A stretch of DNA of 64,000 nt from Elainellaceae cyanobacterium (GTDB lineage Bacteria; Cyanobacteriota; Cyanobacteriia; CAKZMO01), in the NCBI GenBank assembly GCA_050331115.1, contig JBHJHD010000006.1, positions 39,522-103,521 on the forward strand, read 5' to 3'. Positions 18,946 through 29,547 of the stretch are shown in pieces. The notes under the pieces were generated by a model that was not told the origin of the DNA, ran no database searches, and saw nothing but the letters and a program-made list of their open reading frames with translations. The position numbers were made by a program, and so were the translations under genes. Positions within the stretch are counted from its first letter, which is position 1, and the number at the start of each line of letters is the position of its first letter.

Positions 18946-21324
18946 CTAGCCTTCCGAAAACCGAAACGCCTCAGACGCTAAAGAAAGGCTATAGACATCG
19001 AACTCACCCAGCAGAACAGCAATGGGCTCAGTCCCCTGGCTCATTTTGGCTGACAGACTCACGCCCACCATAGAGGCATCGGAGAGTAAAGCGCTGGGGA
19101 GGGATGTTGAAAGCTGGTACTGCTCAGGCGTCCCAGCCAGCTCAATCACATCTTCAACCTGGTTAAAGTCGGTAATGAGCGCATAGGCAGCACCCTCAAT
19201 GGTGCGGTTTGACGTATTGGTATAAAACGCTTCGGCCGCCCTACCCACGCCAAAATCACCCAAGATAAAGCGATCGCGGCCTGCGCCACCCGTGAGGGTA
19301 TCAATGCCAGAGGTCTGAAGTTCGTTGCCCCCCACTAACACATCATTGCCGGCCCCGCCCACCAGCGTATCTGCCCCAACGCCTCCACGTAGGGTGCTAT
19401 CGGCTGTACTTGCCCGCAGAACATCGTTGCCAGCACCGCCGTCCAGCCGTACGAGTCCGCTGAAGTTGCTAGCGTCGATGATGTTGTCTTCAGCACCGCC
19501 ACTCAAAATAGCCCGCTCCAGACCGGCGAGAGCGCTTTGAAATTCCCCCATCTGCAGAGCGCCGTCGCTGAGCGTAAAATTCATATCTGCCGACTCAATG
19601 AGCGTATCGATGCCGTCACCGCCGTCGACAGTATCGTTCCCAGATCCACCAGAGAGAGTATCGTCCCCACCATCGCCGAAGAGGACATCATCAAAGCTGC
19701 CGCCGTCTAAGAAATCGTTGCCCAAGCCGCCCTTCAGCTTGTCTTCACCGTCGCCGCCGAGCAGAAAATCATCGCCTAAACCACCGTCAATTTGATCCCT
19801 GCCGCTGCCGCCAGCTAAGTAGTCTGGGCCGTCTTGGCCACAGACAAGGGTAATGTCGTTGCTGCTGTCGACCGGATCAGCCATGGGGACACCGATGGGA
19901 ATACCGTCAGGATCACTGCCCGTATCATCTTTGCCAATTTCTGAAGCGCACTCCAAATCGGTTTCCGAACCCGTTTCTAGGCCAGTTTCTAGGCCAGTTT
20001 CTAGACCAGCTTCTAGGTCAGGGTTTACAGCCGCATTGCTGTCAAGCGAGATATCAGGTGCGCTGACGTCAACTAGGTTCTGTTCGGGTTGATCGAGGGG
20101 AGGGGCTAGTGGAGCCCTAGGGGTACCGCCGCCGCCAATGCGGTCGGGTGCGTTATTCTCGACCACGTTGAGCGCCGTAAATAACGTCAGAACATCGGCC
20201 TGGAAAGGTCCGCCGTCGCCCTGAAACTCATAGCCATACTGGTCCTCAAATTCCGCTTGCACCCCCGTTTCAACCGCGATCGCGTGGGCGTCCCATGCAG
20301 TATCATCAGCCACGTAAGCGCCGTAGTTCTGTAGGGCGTAGAACAGCTTCAGCCCTGCGGAGGTTTGTAGCCCCAAATCTTCTGGGGTGATTCCTGGCGG
20401 GATGGCGAGCAGGCTGCCCATCATCAGTCCCGGCGTTGTTCCCCCGTACTGAAGCGGATCAGCATACTCATCAGCCCTAGTCGCAGGCCAGCGATAGCCC
20501 AGTCCCCCTTGAACGCCCTCTTGATAGGCGAAATAGCGCTCCGCAAATAGGTTAACCTTGAGCGCGTGGCGGATGGGCTCGCTGCCGGTCAGCTCGCCGC
20601 GCCGCAGCGTCCCCCCGATGCTAGAAAGACCGGAGCCAGCGTGCCCACCTTCAACGCCAGTGCCATAGAGATCTTCGTCGGCCGCGCGCCAGCCAAACAC
20701 AGGGCCTCCGACCTGATCGCGCGTCAAGCCGTTCAGCTGAACTAACGTGCGACCGTCGGGCAGCAGGAAAGCAGCCGCGTTATTGGGCGTATGGGTATAA
20801 TCCGCATCGGCAACCGCGAAATCATTCGGCAGCGGCAGAGCAATGCCTTCAAAGCGCGTGCCGGTAGAGCGCCCAGCAGACCAGTTCCCGGGTGCAAAGA
20901 CCGGCGTCAGAGGATCGCCACTCTTCAGGGTGTAAAAGTGATCCTCATCGGCCTGTAGGTAGGTTGCCCTAGAGATATTAGCAGGGACGTATTCTGCCTC
21001 AGAGCCAATGGGCTGATTCCAGATAGAATCAGCTGAGAATGGCCAAACTAGGGCATTTCGAGCTGCTGGCGCGGCATCAGCGGCGGTGAGCTTTGGGTCG
21101 TTTAAGGAATTGCTAGACAAGGGTCTTTCTATAGAGTTAGCTACATTAAAGATAGCCGTTTTGACGGTGGCCGGTATATTTAGAGACATTGATGTCGGTG
21201 TAAAGGCTGCGATCGCGAGGCTGAGCGCAAACGTCAGTAGACCGATCAACCCTAGCCGGTAGCGGCGATTTGGTTTCATGGAGTGATGCCATATCTCTTT
21301 AACGTAGGCCGTGAACTTCTTCAC
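18946..21324 (-). CDS. Secreted protein: uncharacterised N-terminal domain + RTX/hemolysin-type Ca-binding repeats
   Basis: Hydrophobic N-terminus; WPFSADSIWNQPIGS domain; many GGxGxDxLxG nonapeptides; ALITDF-type C-terminus. The start may be the second Met (about 21279). Confidence 0.85.
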   Translation of the reverse strand: MKKFTAYVKEIWHHSMKPNRRYRLGLIGLLTFALSLAIAAFTPTSMSLNIPATVKTAIFNVANSIERPLSSNSLNDPKLTAADAAPAARNALVWPFSADSIWNQPIGSEAEYVPANISRATYLQADEDHFYTLKSGDPLTPVFAPGNWSAGRSTGTRFEGIALPLPNDFAVADADYTHTPNNAAAFLLPDGRTLVQLNGLTRDQVGGPVFGWRAADEDLYGTGVEGGHAGSGLSSIGGTLRRGELTGSEPIRHALKVNLFAERYFAYQEGVQGGLGYRWPATRADEYADPLQYGGTTPGLMMGSLLAIPPGITPEDLGLQTSAGLKLFYALQNYGAYVADDTAWDAHAIAVETGVQAEFEDQYGYEFQGDGGPFQADVLTLFTALNVVENNAPDRIGGGGTPRAPLAPPLDQPEQNLVDVSAPDISLDSNAAVNPDLEAGLETGLETGLETGSETDLECASEIGKDDTGSDPDGIPIGVPMADPVDSSNDITLVCGQDGPDYLAGGSGRDQIDGGLGDDFLLGGDGEDKLKGGLGNDFLDGGSFDDVLFGDGGDDTLSGGSGNDTVDGGDGIDTLIESADMNFTLSDGALQMGEFQSALAGLERAILSGGAEDNIIDASNFSGLVRLDGGAGNDVLRASTADSTLRGGVGADTLVGGAGNDVLVGGNELQTSGIDTLTGGAGRDRFILGDFGVGRAAEAFYTNTSNRTIEGAAYALITDFNQVEDVIELAGTPEQYQLSTSLPSALLSDASMVGVSLSAKMSQGTEPIAVLLGEFDVYSLSLASEAFRFSEG

Positions 21325-22516
21325 GTGGGTTAGGCATGAAGTTCGGCTGAGTCGGCAGGCTACTTTCGTCTTTTATTGCAGCTAAGCCCGCTGACTGCAG
21401 GAGGTTTTCGTATACCGCAACGTAATCTTGCGCAATGTAATCCCAGTTGTGATATTTTTCGACGTACTGCTTAGCGTTATCGGTCATTTGCTTCAGGTAT
21501 GACAAATTCTGCAAGGCCCAACGCATGTGCGTAAGGCAAGACTCTTCGCTAGCCGCCTCAAATAATAACCCTCGCTCTGATCCGAGCAGCTTTCGGTGTA
21601 CCGGAATATCGCTGGCCAAGACGGGAATGTTCTCATTCATCGCTTCCAGCATAGCCAGCGGCAAGCCCTCTAAATTGGACGGTAGTACAAATAGCCCCGC
21701 GTTTCGCATGAGCTCCGAAAGCCGTTTTCCGCGCAGCTCTCCAGTAAATACAATGTTGGGCTGATTAGCGGCCATCTGAGACAGCTGCTTCGAGAATTCT
21801 GAGCTGTCTTGGTTATTGCCGATGACGACCAAGCTCCAATCGTCCTGCTGCAGCTTTTGAAAAGCTCGAATCAGCAGGTCGGGGCATTTTTCGGGGACGA
21901 GTCTTCCTAGGAATGCGATATATCGCTTTGGCTTCAGCCCTAGCGAGGAGCCGTAGGAAAATGCCTGATCGCACTCGGCATAGCTCGCGGGCGCGTTGCC
22001 GATGTATTGAGTTTCGAGACCATGCGCATCGTAAAAATAGCGCTGAAGTTCTTCTGAAACCACAGTAATCCTATGGGCAAAGCGAACGGCAGCAAGTTCA
22101 CCCAATCGAATCAGTGAGCTTGCCATAGTTCCCCACTTTTCCCGCTGCCAGTCTAGACCATGGCAGGTGACGACAACCTTAGCTGAGCTTGTCATCGGGG
22201 GCAGCCACGTCCATAGAGAAGGCCCTAGCGCATGGAAATGTATAACATCATACTTCAGGATAGAAGACGTCACGGCGGCCGTCGATGACGTCAATAGCGC
22301 GTCTAATCCTGACTCGCCTACGCCAGGGAAAGAGCTCACTCTAACGCCCTGAAAATCAAAGCGATCGCGCCAAGACATTTGAGTGTAAGAAGTACGAGCC
22401 ATTAGATCTACTAAGTGGCCTTGGGCCGCAATTCGGGGATAAACTTCAGCGCAGTGATGCTCGATACCACCCTGCTTTGGAGGAAGCCCTTTAGAACCAA
22501 CGACGGCAATTTTCAT
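21299..22516 (-). CDS. GT4 glycosyltransferase
   Basis: MKIAVVGSKGLPPKQGGIEHH, FLGRLVPEK, EGLPLAMLEAM. Confidence 0.92.
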   Translation of the reverse strand: MKIAVVGSKGLPPKQGGIEHHCAEVYPRIAAQGHLVDLMARTSYTQMSWRDRFDFQGVRVSSFPGVGESGLDALLTSSTAAVTSSILKYDVIHFHALGPSLWTWLPPMTSSAKVVVTCHGLDWQREKWGTMASSLIRLGELAAVRFAHRITVVSEELQRYFYDAHGLETQYIGNAPASYAECDQAFSYGSSLGLKPKRYIAFLGRLVPEKCPDLLIRAFQKLQQDDWSLVVIGNNQDSSEFSKQLSQMAANQPNIVFTGELRGKRLSELMRNAGLFVLPSNLEGLPLAMLEAMNENIPVLASDIPVHRKLLGSERGLLFEAASEESCLTHMRWALQNLSYLKQMTDNAKQYVEKYHNWDYIAQDYVAVYENLLQSAGLAAIKDESSLPTQPNFMPNPREEVHGLR

Positions 22517-22746
22517 AGAGATACCCTTCTAAACCGGTTAATAACGAATAGACAGCCAGAGCCGTGACAGGAACGAACACGCGACTTAGGTCAGTAGTCC
22601 AAACACAAAGGCTGCTATAGACTCTAGGAGCAAGCGCTATGGCAACCGCAAGGTGGGCTCAACGTCTCGTACATCTTTATTACCCACGCTTTCAGACAGA
22701 GGCCGTTGGCTAAAGATAGCCCCACCGAATACACCTAAAATTTCCC

Positions 22747-23982
22747 TCAATAGCTCGACGAGAAGCGTGCGGCTTCTTGATTTCCCATACGACGCTCCCA
22801 CTGCCGCCACATATCTCGATAAACCTCTCCAACTACGTTGCGCGCGCTAAAGGGAGCCACCGCCTGTAAGCAATTCTCCTGAGCAAACTGTTGTGGTGAA
22901 TCAAGAATAGTTGACAAGGCAATAGAAAGTGCCTTGGGAGTACGTTCCTCAGCAACTTGACCAGACTTAGTCGTCAAAATTTTTGGCGTCTCTCCCGCCT
23001 GAGTTGTGACAACTGGACATCCACAGGCAAGGGCCTCAAGCACTGTAACTGGTAAGCCCTCGTAAGCGCTACTGAGGGCAAAAACGCTGGCAACTCGATA
23101 TAGATTAGCGAGCTGATCCTGCCCAACGGCGCCAAGCAGGGTCACGCGCCCCTGCAGGCCCAATTCATCAATGACTGTATTGAGAGACTGCTTTAACTCT
23201 CCCTCGCCCGCCATCAGCAAATGGATGTCTGGCATCTCTAGCTCCGCAAAAGCGCGTACCAGCAACTCCGGATCTTTCTGAGGATGCAGTCGTCCTGCAA
23301 AGAGAATGAACCGAGTATCGGGCGCTAGACTCATTCGCTGCGCTAAGTTCTGCCGGCGCTCCTGAATCTCAGTAGAGGAAAATGGATAAAAAATACTTTC
23401 ATCCACAGGATTACGAACTGTGTAAATCCGATCTTCGACGCTTGGATAAAGCTCTCGATACAGCTGAGATGAATCAGCATTACAAGAGAGAACTTGGTCA
23501 AAGCGGTGCACCAAAAACCGCTCTAGCGAAAAGTAAGCCCAAGGCGCATATCGCCAAAGGATGCCCCCATTACCTTTTGAAGCTGACATTTCTCTGCGAA
23601 CATCGTTATGAATAAACAACGCCTTATGGCCAGACCAGGCCGTAGACACTAGCGCTGGTTCGAGTCGATGAAAGTGCATAAAGTCGGAAGCAAGATCCTT
23701 TCCCGCGAGCGCAAAAGTGTACTTTACAGACGTCGGTATGACGTGGCGGACGTCGTCGTCCTCTATGTTGAATAGCGGGAAAAACATGAGCTGTCGACCG
23801 GAGAGCGAGCGGCAATACCATTTGCCAGCCGGCATGTCCCGATTTCCCGTACCGACAAGCCTAACCTCAAATTCTGAAGGCGCAAACTTGATGAAATTTA
23901 GAATAACTGTCTGAATTCCTCCTATGGAAGGCCGCCAGGGATTGAACTGATAGAAAATAGTTAATACAGGTTTTTGCATCAC
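22747..23982 (-). CDS. GT4 glycosyltransferase
   Basis: LFAGRLHPQKD, EGLPVTVLEALACG. Confidence 0.92.
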   Translation of the reverse strand: MMQKPVLTIFYQFNPWRPSIGGIQTVILNFIKFAPSEFEVRLVGTGNRDMPAGKWYCRSLSGRQLMFFPLFNIEDDDVRHVIPTSVKYTFALAGKDLASDFMHFHRLEPALVSTAWSGHKALFIHNDVRREMSASKGNGGILWRYAPWAYFSLERFLVHRFDQVLSCNADSSQLYRELYPSVEDRIYTVRNPVDESIFYPFSSTEIQERRQNLAQRMSLAPDTRFILFAGRLHPQKDPELLVRAFAELEMPDIHLLMAGEGELKQSLNTVIDELGLQGRVTLLGAVGQDQLANLYRVASVFALSSAYEGLPVTVLEALACGCPVVTTQAGETPKILTTKSGQVAEERTPKALSIALSTILDSPQQFAQENCLQAVAPFSARNVVGEVYRDMWRQWERRMGNQEAARFSSSY

Positions 23983-24381
23983 CGTCTTTGAGCTGAAACA
24001 GCCCTACTTATTTCTCAAAATCTTTAACATCACCGCTTCACGCGCACTAGAGAAAGTGCCTGAGCAAGCTCATGCTGGAGACAAGATGACAGGTTAATTT
24101 ATCACGACAGACTATATGAAGTTAAGACGACCCTAAACCACCAGGCGGGGGTTTGAAATGGGCGATGTTGCGGTACCGTATTGCGCGTCTTATACGAAAG
24201 TTAGCAGGGAATACTGAGTAGAGCAAGCCTCTATGCACTACGTATAAGATTTTACAAATGAAAATTGTGGTGCGACACAGCTTTAATGTTCTTGGAAAAA
24301 CGGTTCTATGCCGAAGTTTTTTTGACTAGGCGATCTCAGCCGCAAAGCTCCATTCCATAACCGTTACAGCACAGGAAATCT

Positions 24382-24399
24382 TTTACAACTTTTTACAAA
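24382..24399 (+). promoter_or_regulatory. HLR1-like (RpaB-type) direct repeat
   Basis: TTTACAAC-TT-TTTACAAA matches (G/T)TTACA(T/A)(T/A)-N2-(G/T)TTACA(T/A)(T/A) at 15/16, within a 1-kb divergent intergenic region. Confidence 0.45.
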
Positions 24400-25007
24400 A
24401 AACATCAATTATTAGGGAGCTTCATGTTGGCTTTACTAATTCCGCAGAAAAATTTTCCTGCAAAAAAAAAGATGTAGAGAGGGGTCTCGCCCCTCAAAAG
24501 CCCTGAAAGCCAGCAGGAGCAAGTGGTTTATCTAGAATCATCTCTCGAAGAAATCTTTCAAGCGACCTACCGAGCAGCCTATAAGCTTAGCTTATGTTCC
24601 TTGATCTTTGTGCAATAGCAAGTGATACATGAAGTAATGCACGACACGTATGACGGCGCAATTGTTCCGCACTGCGGCGTCTGCGACAGTCTGCTAGCTC
24701 AACGATCGGGTTGCCTTGTCCTTCTGAATAGTCTTGAGCCATGGCGCGGATTGTGAGGTATCGCAGTGGCTGAAAATCAGCGGCTGAAAATGGATTTGAT
24801 GGTTTTGGGGGTTTTCGCTTGGGTACTTTAGTTCCAACTTGAGGTCGGAAGCCGGCTGGAAGATGGCATCCGTCGTTTCTTGTTCGCCAATAGCCGGTGT
24901 TAGCGATAGGGCGCTTTAGTATTGGATCTGAACTCCACGTTTTGGCAACGAAAGATAGCTTTCACAACATTTTTTAGCAAACATAGGTTTATGAGGATTG
25001 AAAATTC

Positions 25008-26180
25008 ATGAATGTTGCCCTCTCCACGCGCACTAGAGACCAGTTCTTAGTATTTGGGTCCCCTGCAATTGAGGAGGCAGAGATCCAAGAAGTCGTCGCC
25101 AGCATGAAAACGGGCTGGCTGGGCACCGGACCTAAGGTTGCGCAGTTTGAAAGTGACTTTAAAGATTACAAGGGAGCTAAGCATGCGATCGCAGTCAACT
25201 CATGTACCGCTGCGCTTCATCTCAGCATGCTGGCTGCCGATTTACAGCCAGGGGATGAAGTCATCACAACGCCGCTCACGTTCTGCGCGACCGTGAATGC
25301 GATCATTCACGCCGGTGCGGTACCCGTTCTTGCTGACGTCAGCCCCACCACGATGAACATCGATCCAGAGCAGGTGGCGGCAAAAGTCACGCCCAAAACC
25401 AAAGCCGTTATCCCTGTCCACTTTGCTGGCCGCGCCTGCGAAATGGATACCCTATGCGACATCGCTCACAACTACGACCTCAAGGTGATAGAGGACTGCG
25501 CCCATGCTATTGAAACCGAGTATAAAGGGCGAAAAGCTGGGGCCTGGGGTGATTTTGGATGCTTCAGCTTCTATGTCACCAAGAACATTATTACGGGTGA
25601 GGGTGGCATGGTAATAACCGGTAGTGAAGACGATGCCGCTCAGCTCAAGATATTGGCACTACACGGGATGAGCAAGGATGCCTGGAAGCGCTTTGGCGAT
25701 GACGGCTACAAGCATTACCAAGTCGTGGAGTGTGGGTTCAAGTACAGCATGATGGATTTGCAGGGCGCGATCGGCATTCATCAGCTCCAGCGAGTCGAGA
25801 CATACTGGCAGCGACGGCAGGAGATCTGGCAGCGGTACAACGAAGCATTTGCCGACTTACCTATTAGTCTGCCTCCAGAGCCAGAAACCAATACTCGTCA
25901 CGCCTACCACTTGTATACAATTCTTGTGGACGAAAATAAGGCGGGTATTAGCCGTGATGCATTTCTGAGCGGTATGACGGCCGAGAATATTGGCGTTGGT
26001 GTTCATTACTTGAGTATTCCTGAGCACCCTTATTACCAAAAGTCTCTGGGATGGAAGCCAGAACAGTACCCAAACGCCATGGCCATTGGGCGACAAACCG
26101 TGAGCCTCCCGCTGTCAGCTAAGCTGGCGGATGAGGACGTTGAAGATGTGATTTTGGCCGTCAAGAAGCTTATTAAATAG
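25008..26180 (+). CDS. DegT/DnrJ/EryC1/StrS family PLP sugar aminotransferase
   Basis: AVNSCTAALHL, IEDCAHA, PLP lysine motif FSFYVTKNIITGEGG. Confidence 0.95.
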   Translation: MNVALSTRTRDQFLVFGSPAIEEAEIQEVVASMKTGWLGTGPKVAQFESDFKDYKGAKHAIAVNSCTAALHLSMLAADLQPGDEVITTPLTFCATVNAIIHAGAVPVLADVSPTTMNIDPEQVAAKVTPKTKAVIPVHFAGRACEMDTLCDIAHNYDLKVIEDCAHAIETEYKGRKAGAWGDFGCFSFYVTKNIITGEGGMVITGSEDDAAQLKILALHGMSKDAWKRFGDDGYKHYQVVECGFKYSMMDLQGAIGIHQLQRVETYWQRRQEIWQRYNEAFADLPISLPPEPETNTRHAYHLYTILVDENKAGISRDAFLSGMTAENIGVGVHYLSIPEHPYYQKSLGWKPEQYPNAMAIGRQTVSLPLSAKLADEDVEDVILAVKKLIK

Positions 26181-26202
26181 AGCAGTAAAATATTCTAGAC
26201 CT

Positions 26203-27021
26203 ATGCAATCCACTAAATCCCTACAAAAAGAAAACTTCAAAGAGCAGTTTGACGAGCAAGGGTACGTTATCGTTCGAGATTTTTTCTCTCCCGAAGAGAT
26301 GGTATCCCTCATCGAGAATATCAAAACGGCAAAGACCCGTAACGGAGTTAGCGACCTCAATAGAGGAGCGCTAACGTTTTACAGCAACGTCTTCTTTTAC
26401 AGCAAAGCAATCCAGGATATTATTGCCCATCCTAAAATCGTTAATTTGCTGAACCAGATCATTGGACCAAACTTTTGGGTGCGCTGGGATCAGGCAGTGG
26501 CCAAAGGTAACGGTGCTGGCACATTCGCTTGGCATCAAGACAATGCTTACAGCAGGCTAAAAGATCCCCATTATCAGCTGTGGATCGCCATGACTGAAAT
26601 GACGCCGGACAACGGTGGGCTCTGGTTGCAACCGGGTAGCCATAAACAGCATCTACCGCATAAGCACGTCAGTAATCACGTCGAATTCGATGGTCAACCC
26701 GACAACCCCATATTTGTTGAGGCAAAAGCGGGTGATGTTGTAGTTTTCTCATCTCTAACCCTTCACAGCACAACGCCCAATATTACGCAGAAAACGCGAT
26801 GGGCCTATGTGATAGAGTACATGTCGTCGGAGCATTTCGATCCAGGGATAGAGCCCCCTTACTTTGTAGTCGCCAAAGACGGCAAGCCCCAAGCAGAGTT
26901 TGTTCGCTTCTACCCAGGACGGCTCAATCCTATTAATCATCTGAAGTATCTAGGGTTCCGCTGGTTGCCTAGCAAACTACTGCTCAAGAAGTTGGCAAGT
27001 AATGTATTGAGGAACAGATGA
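26203..27021 (+). CDS. PhyH-family Fe(II)/2-oxoglutarate dioxygenase
   Basis: GYVIVRDFFS, WHQDN (HXD), NGGLWLQPGSH, distal LHST and TR. Confidence 0.9.
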   Translation: MQSTKSLQKENFKEQFDEQGYVIVRDFFSPEEMVSLIENIKTAKTRNGVSDLNRGALTFYSNVFFYSKAIQDIIAHPKIVNLLNQIIGPNFWVRWDQAVAKGNGAGTFAWHQDNAYSRLKDPHYQLWIAMTEMTPDNGGLWLQPGSHKQHLPHKHVSNHVEFDGQPDNPIFVEAKAGDVVVFSSLTLHSTTPNITQKTRWAYVIEYMSSEHFDPGIEPPYFVVAKDGKPQAEFVRFYPGRLNPINHLKYLGFRWLPSKLLLKKLASNVLRNR

Positions 27022-27022
27022 T

Positions 27023-28024
27023 ATGCAGTATCGCACGTTGGGGCGTACTGGACTCAGCGTCTCGGCGCTTGGCATCGGCGCTTGGCAGCTCAGCGGTCCA
27101 CTCCTTGTAGATGGAAAAGCAGACGGCTTTCCCGATATAGGCCGGGATAAGGCGATCGATTTAATTAGAGCCTGCGCGGATTTGGGCATCAACTTCGTTG
27201 ATACAGCGCCGATATATGGAGATGGTGAAGGGGAGCGGCGCGTTGGCCTAGCAACTCGCGCAGATAGAGAGCGATGGGTCTTGTGCACGAAGTTTGGGCT
27301 TAGTAGAGGCCACAATGGAGAGAAGATTAAAGATGCTGCTCCCAGCAAAATTCGCAGTTCTCTAGCGGAGAGCTTAAAGCGACTACAAACGGATTACGTT
27401 GATGTTTATCTCTATCACTCTCCTCCAGACGGCAGGCAAATACCAGAAGGGAAAGAAGTTCTAGAATCCCTTAAGCAAGAAGGAAAAATCAGGTTTTACG
27501 GCATTTCTACCAACGATCAAAAAGCTTTGGGACGACTTGCCAGTCAGAGGTCTGTGGACGTAGCCATGTTTTCACAGTCTCTAGTGACGCATTCGCCTAA
27601 GATACTCAATCTCATTGAAGAAAATGCTTTGGGGGGAATTGTTCGGGGTGCTTTCGAGGCAGGCCGACTGTCTGGGCGCTACTTCCATGAGCAGCCCCAG
27701 TTTTCCAGTCAAGATATTCGTAAGCAAGCGATTGATTCTTCCGAAACCAAGAAATATGCCGTCTATGAAAAGCTTTTACCAGATAAAACTTTGATGCCAG
27801 CTTTTGCCCTTCGCTATTTATTAGATTTTGACACTACCCATACTATAGTCCTAGGCGGAAAATCTCTTGACCACTATAAGGCTGCGCTAGAAGCGTTTCG
27901 TCTTCCTGCTCTAACGACTCAAGAACGCAAAGCGCTACGGGAAACGAGGCACAAGCTTTTGAAGAAGCCTCTAAGGACGCTGGCTGCCGATCTCGTTCGC
28001 CGAGCCGCCAGTAGACTACTATAA
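27023..28024 (+). CDS. Aldo/keto reductase
   Basis: MQYRTLGRTGLSVSALGIG; tetrad residues in DTAPIYG, TKFG and YLYH. Confidence 0.92.
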   Translation: MQYRTLGRTGLSVSALGIGAWQLSGPLLVDGKADGFPDIGRDKAIDLIRACADLGINFVDTAPIYGDGEGERRVGLATRADRERWVLCTKFGLSRGHNGEKIKDAAPSKIRSSLAESLKRLQTDYVDVYLYHSPPDGRQIPEGKEVLESLKQEGKIRFYGISTNDQKALGRLASQRSVDVAMFSQSLVTHSPKILNLIEENALGGIVRGAFEAGRLSGRYFHEQPQFSSQDIRKQAIDSSETKKYAVYEKLLPDKTLMPAFALRYLLDFDTTHTIVLGGKSLDHYKAALEAFRLPALTTQERKALRETRHKLLKKPLRTLAADLVRRAASRLL

Positions 28025-28098
28025 ACTATTGATATTTTCTTAAATAAGAACAGCACAAACAATGAATATTTTTAACACATACAAGCCTATGCTGACGA

Positions 28099-29547
28099 GT
28101 GCGTAAGATGTCTCTCCAGCAGCGTGCTACATCTGGCATCAAATGGTCTTCCGTCTCCCAAATCATTAAGCAGGTTGTACAGTTTACCACTATTTCTATT
28201 CTTGCCCGTCTGCTTGAACCATCTGATTTCGGTTTAGTCGGTATGGCAGGCATTGTAATTGGTTTTGTTGATCTATTCAAAGATTTAGGAACATCTGCAG
28301 CAGTCATTCAGAAAAAAAGCGTTTCTGAAAATTTTTTATATAGCATATTTTGGATCAACGTTACATTTGGCCTTCTTGGAACGATAGTTCTTTTTATTGG
28401 TTCTCCGTTCATTGCGATTTTTTATCAAGAGCCTAAGGTAACGCTTATTCTAAAAGTGCTTTCAATAAGCTTTTTCCTTTCTGGAATTAGTATCTTGCAG
28501 AAAGCTCTTCTAGAAAAAGATCTAGCTTTCAATGCCCTAGCTAAGATAGAAGCCAGCGCCGTACTTTCTGGTTCATTGGTCGGTATTAGCCTAGCCTTCT
28601 TAGGGTTTGGCGTGTGGAGCTTAGTTCTTCAGACTTTGACAATAGTTCTAGTGACAACGATTTTGCTCTGGATTACGTCTAGCTGGAAACCTAAACTTAT
28701 TTTTCAGTGGAGTGAAGTACAGGACGTCAGTGGCTATAGCTTGAACTTGACCGGTTTCAACATTTTCAACTACTTTGTTCGGAACGCGGACTATTTACTA
28801 ATAGGTCGATTTCTAGGGCCTCAGAGCCTGGGGTACTATACCCTGACTTACCGGCTTATGCTCTATCCCGTGCAAAATATATCCCAAGTTATAAGCCGAG
28901 TGATGTTTCCAGTATTCTCAAGAATACAGGATGACAACGACAAACTTAAAACGGCATATCTGAAGGTTGCTGGCATGATTTCTTTGGTCACCTTTCCGCT
29001 TATGGCAGGCCTTTGGACAATGGCAGAACCATTCGTTCTCGCAGTCTTTGGGCCTCAGTGGCAGCCTGTAGTCTTGCTGCTGATGATCCTAACGCCGGTA
29101 GGTGTCGTTCAGTCTCTAGAGACAACAGTAGGAACGATTTACCAGACCAAAGGGCGTACCGACTGGATGCTGCGTTGGTCAGTCTTTGAAGGGGCTTTTT
29201 TGGTGGCTGCCTGGACAATTGGGTTACGATGGGGAATCACTGGAGTTGCTGTCGCGTACACGATCGCATACTTTACGTTAATCTATCCCAACTTTTCTAT
29301 TCCCTTTCGTTTGATTCAGCTCAATGTCATTGGCCTGTTTGGCGCAGTTTGGCGATCGCTAGCCGCTAGCTTAACTATGCTCATCGCTCTTTTAGGAATC
29401 AAGCTTTTCTTACTTTCCGAGCTTGCCAATGTATGGGTGTTGGTGATCTCAATTCCTTTAGGTATCTTTATCTATCTATTAGCTAGCTGGTTTATAAATC
29501 GAAAACAAATTCAGCAGTTTTCAAGTGCTTTAGGTCTAGGACAGTGA
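28099..29547 (+). CDS. wzx: MOP/WzxC-like flippase (ATG at 28108 is an alternative start)
   Basis: LARLLEPSDFGLVG, DLGTSAAVIQ, LIGRFLGPQSLGYY; polytopic. Confidence 0.9.
   Translation: MRKMSLQQRATSGIKWSSVSQIIKQVVQFTTISILARLLEPSDFGLVGMAGIVIGFVDLFKDLGTSAAVIQKKSVSENFLYSIFWINVTFGLLGTIVLFIGSPFIAIFYQEPKVTLILKVLSISFFLSGISILQKALLEKDLAFNALAKIEASAVLSGSLVGISLAFLGFGVWSLVLQTLTIVLVTTILLWITSSWKPKLIFQWSEVQDVSGYSLNLTGFNIFNYFVRNADYLLIGRFLGPQSLGYYTLTYRLMLYPVQNISQVISRVMFPVFSRIQDDNDKLKTAYLKVAGMISLVTFPLMAGLWTMAEPFVLAVFGPQWQPVVLLLMILTPVGVVQSLETTVGTIYQTKGRTDWMLRWSVFEGAFLVAAWTIGLRWGITGVAVAYTIAYFTLIYPNFSIPFRLIQLNVIGLFGAVWRSLAASLTMLIALLGIKLFLLSELANVWVLVISIPLGIFIYLLASWFINRKQIQQFSSALGLGQ

Noticed and set aside
24242-24255. 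GTA-N8-TAC NtcA-like site (GTATAAGATTTTAC)
   Set aside because: A six-base match is likely by chance in 1 kb of AT-rich DNA, and there is no TAN3T box at the canonical ~22-nt spacing on either strand.
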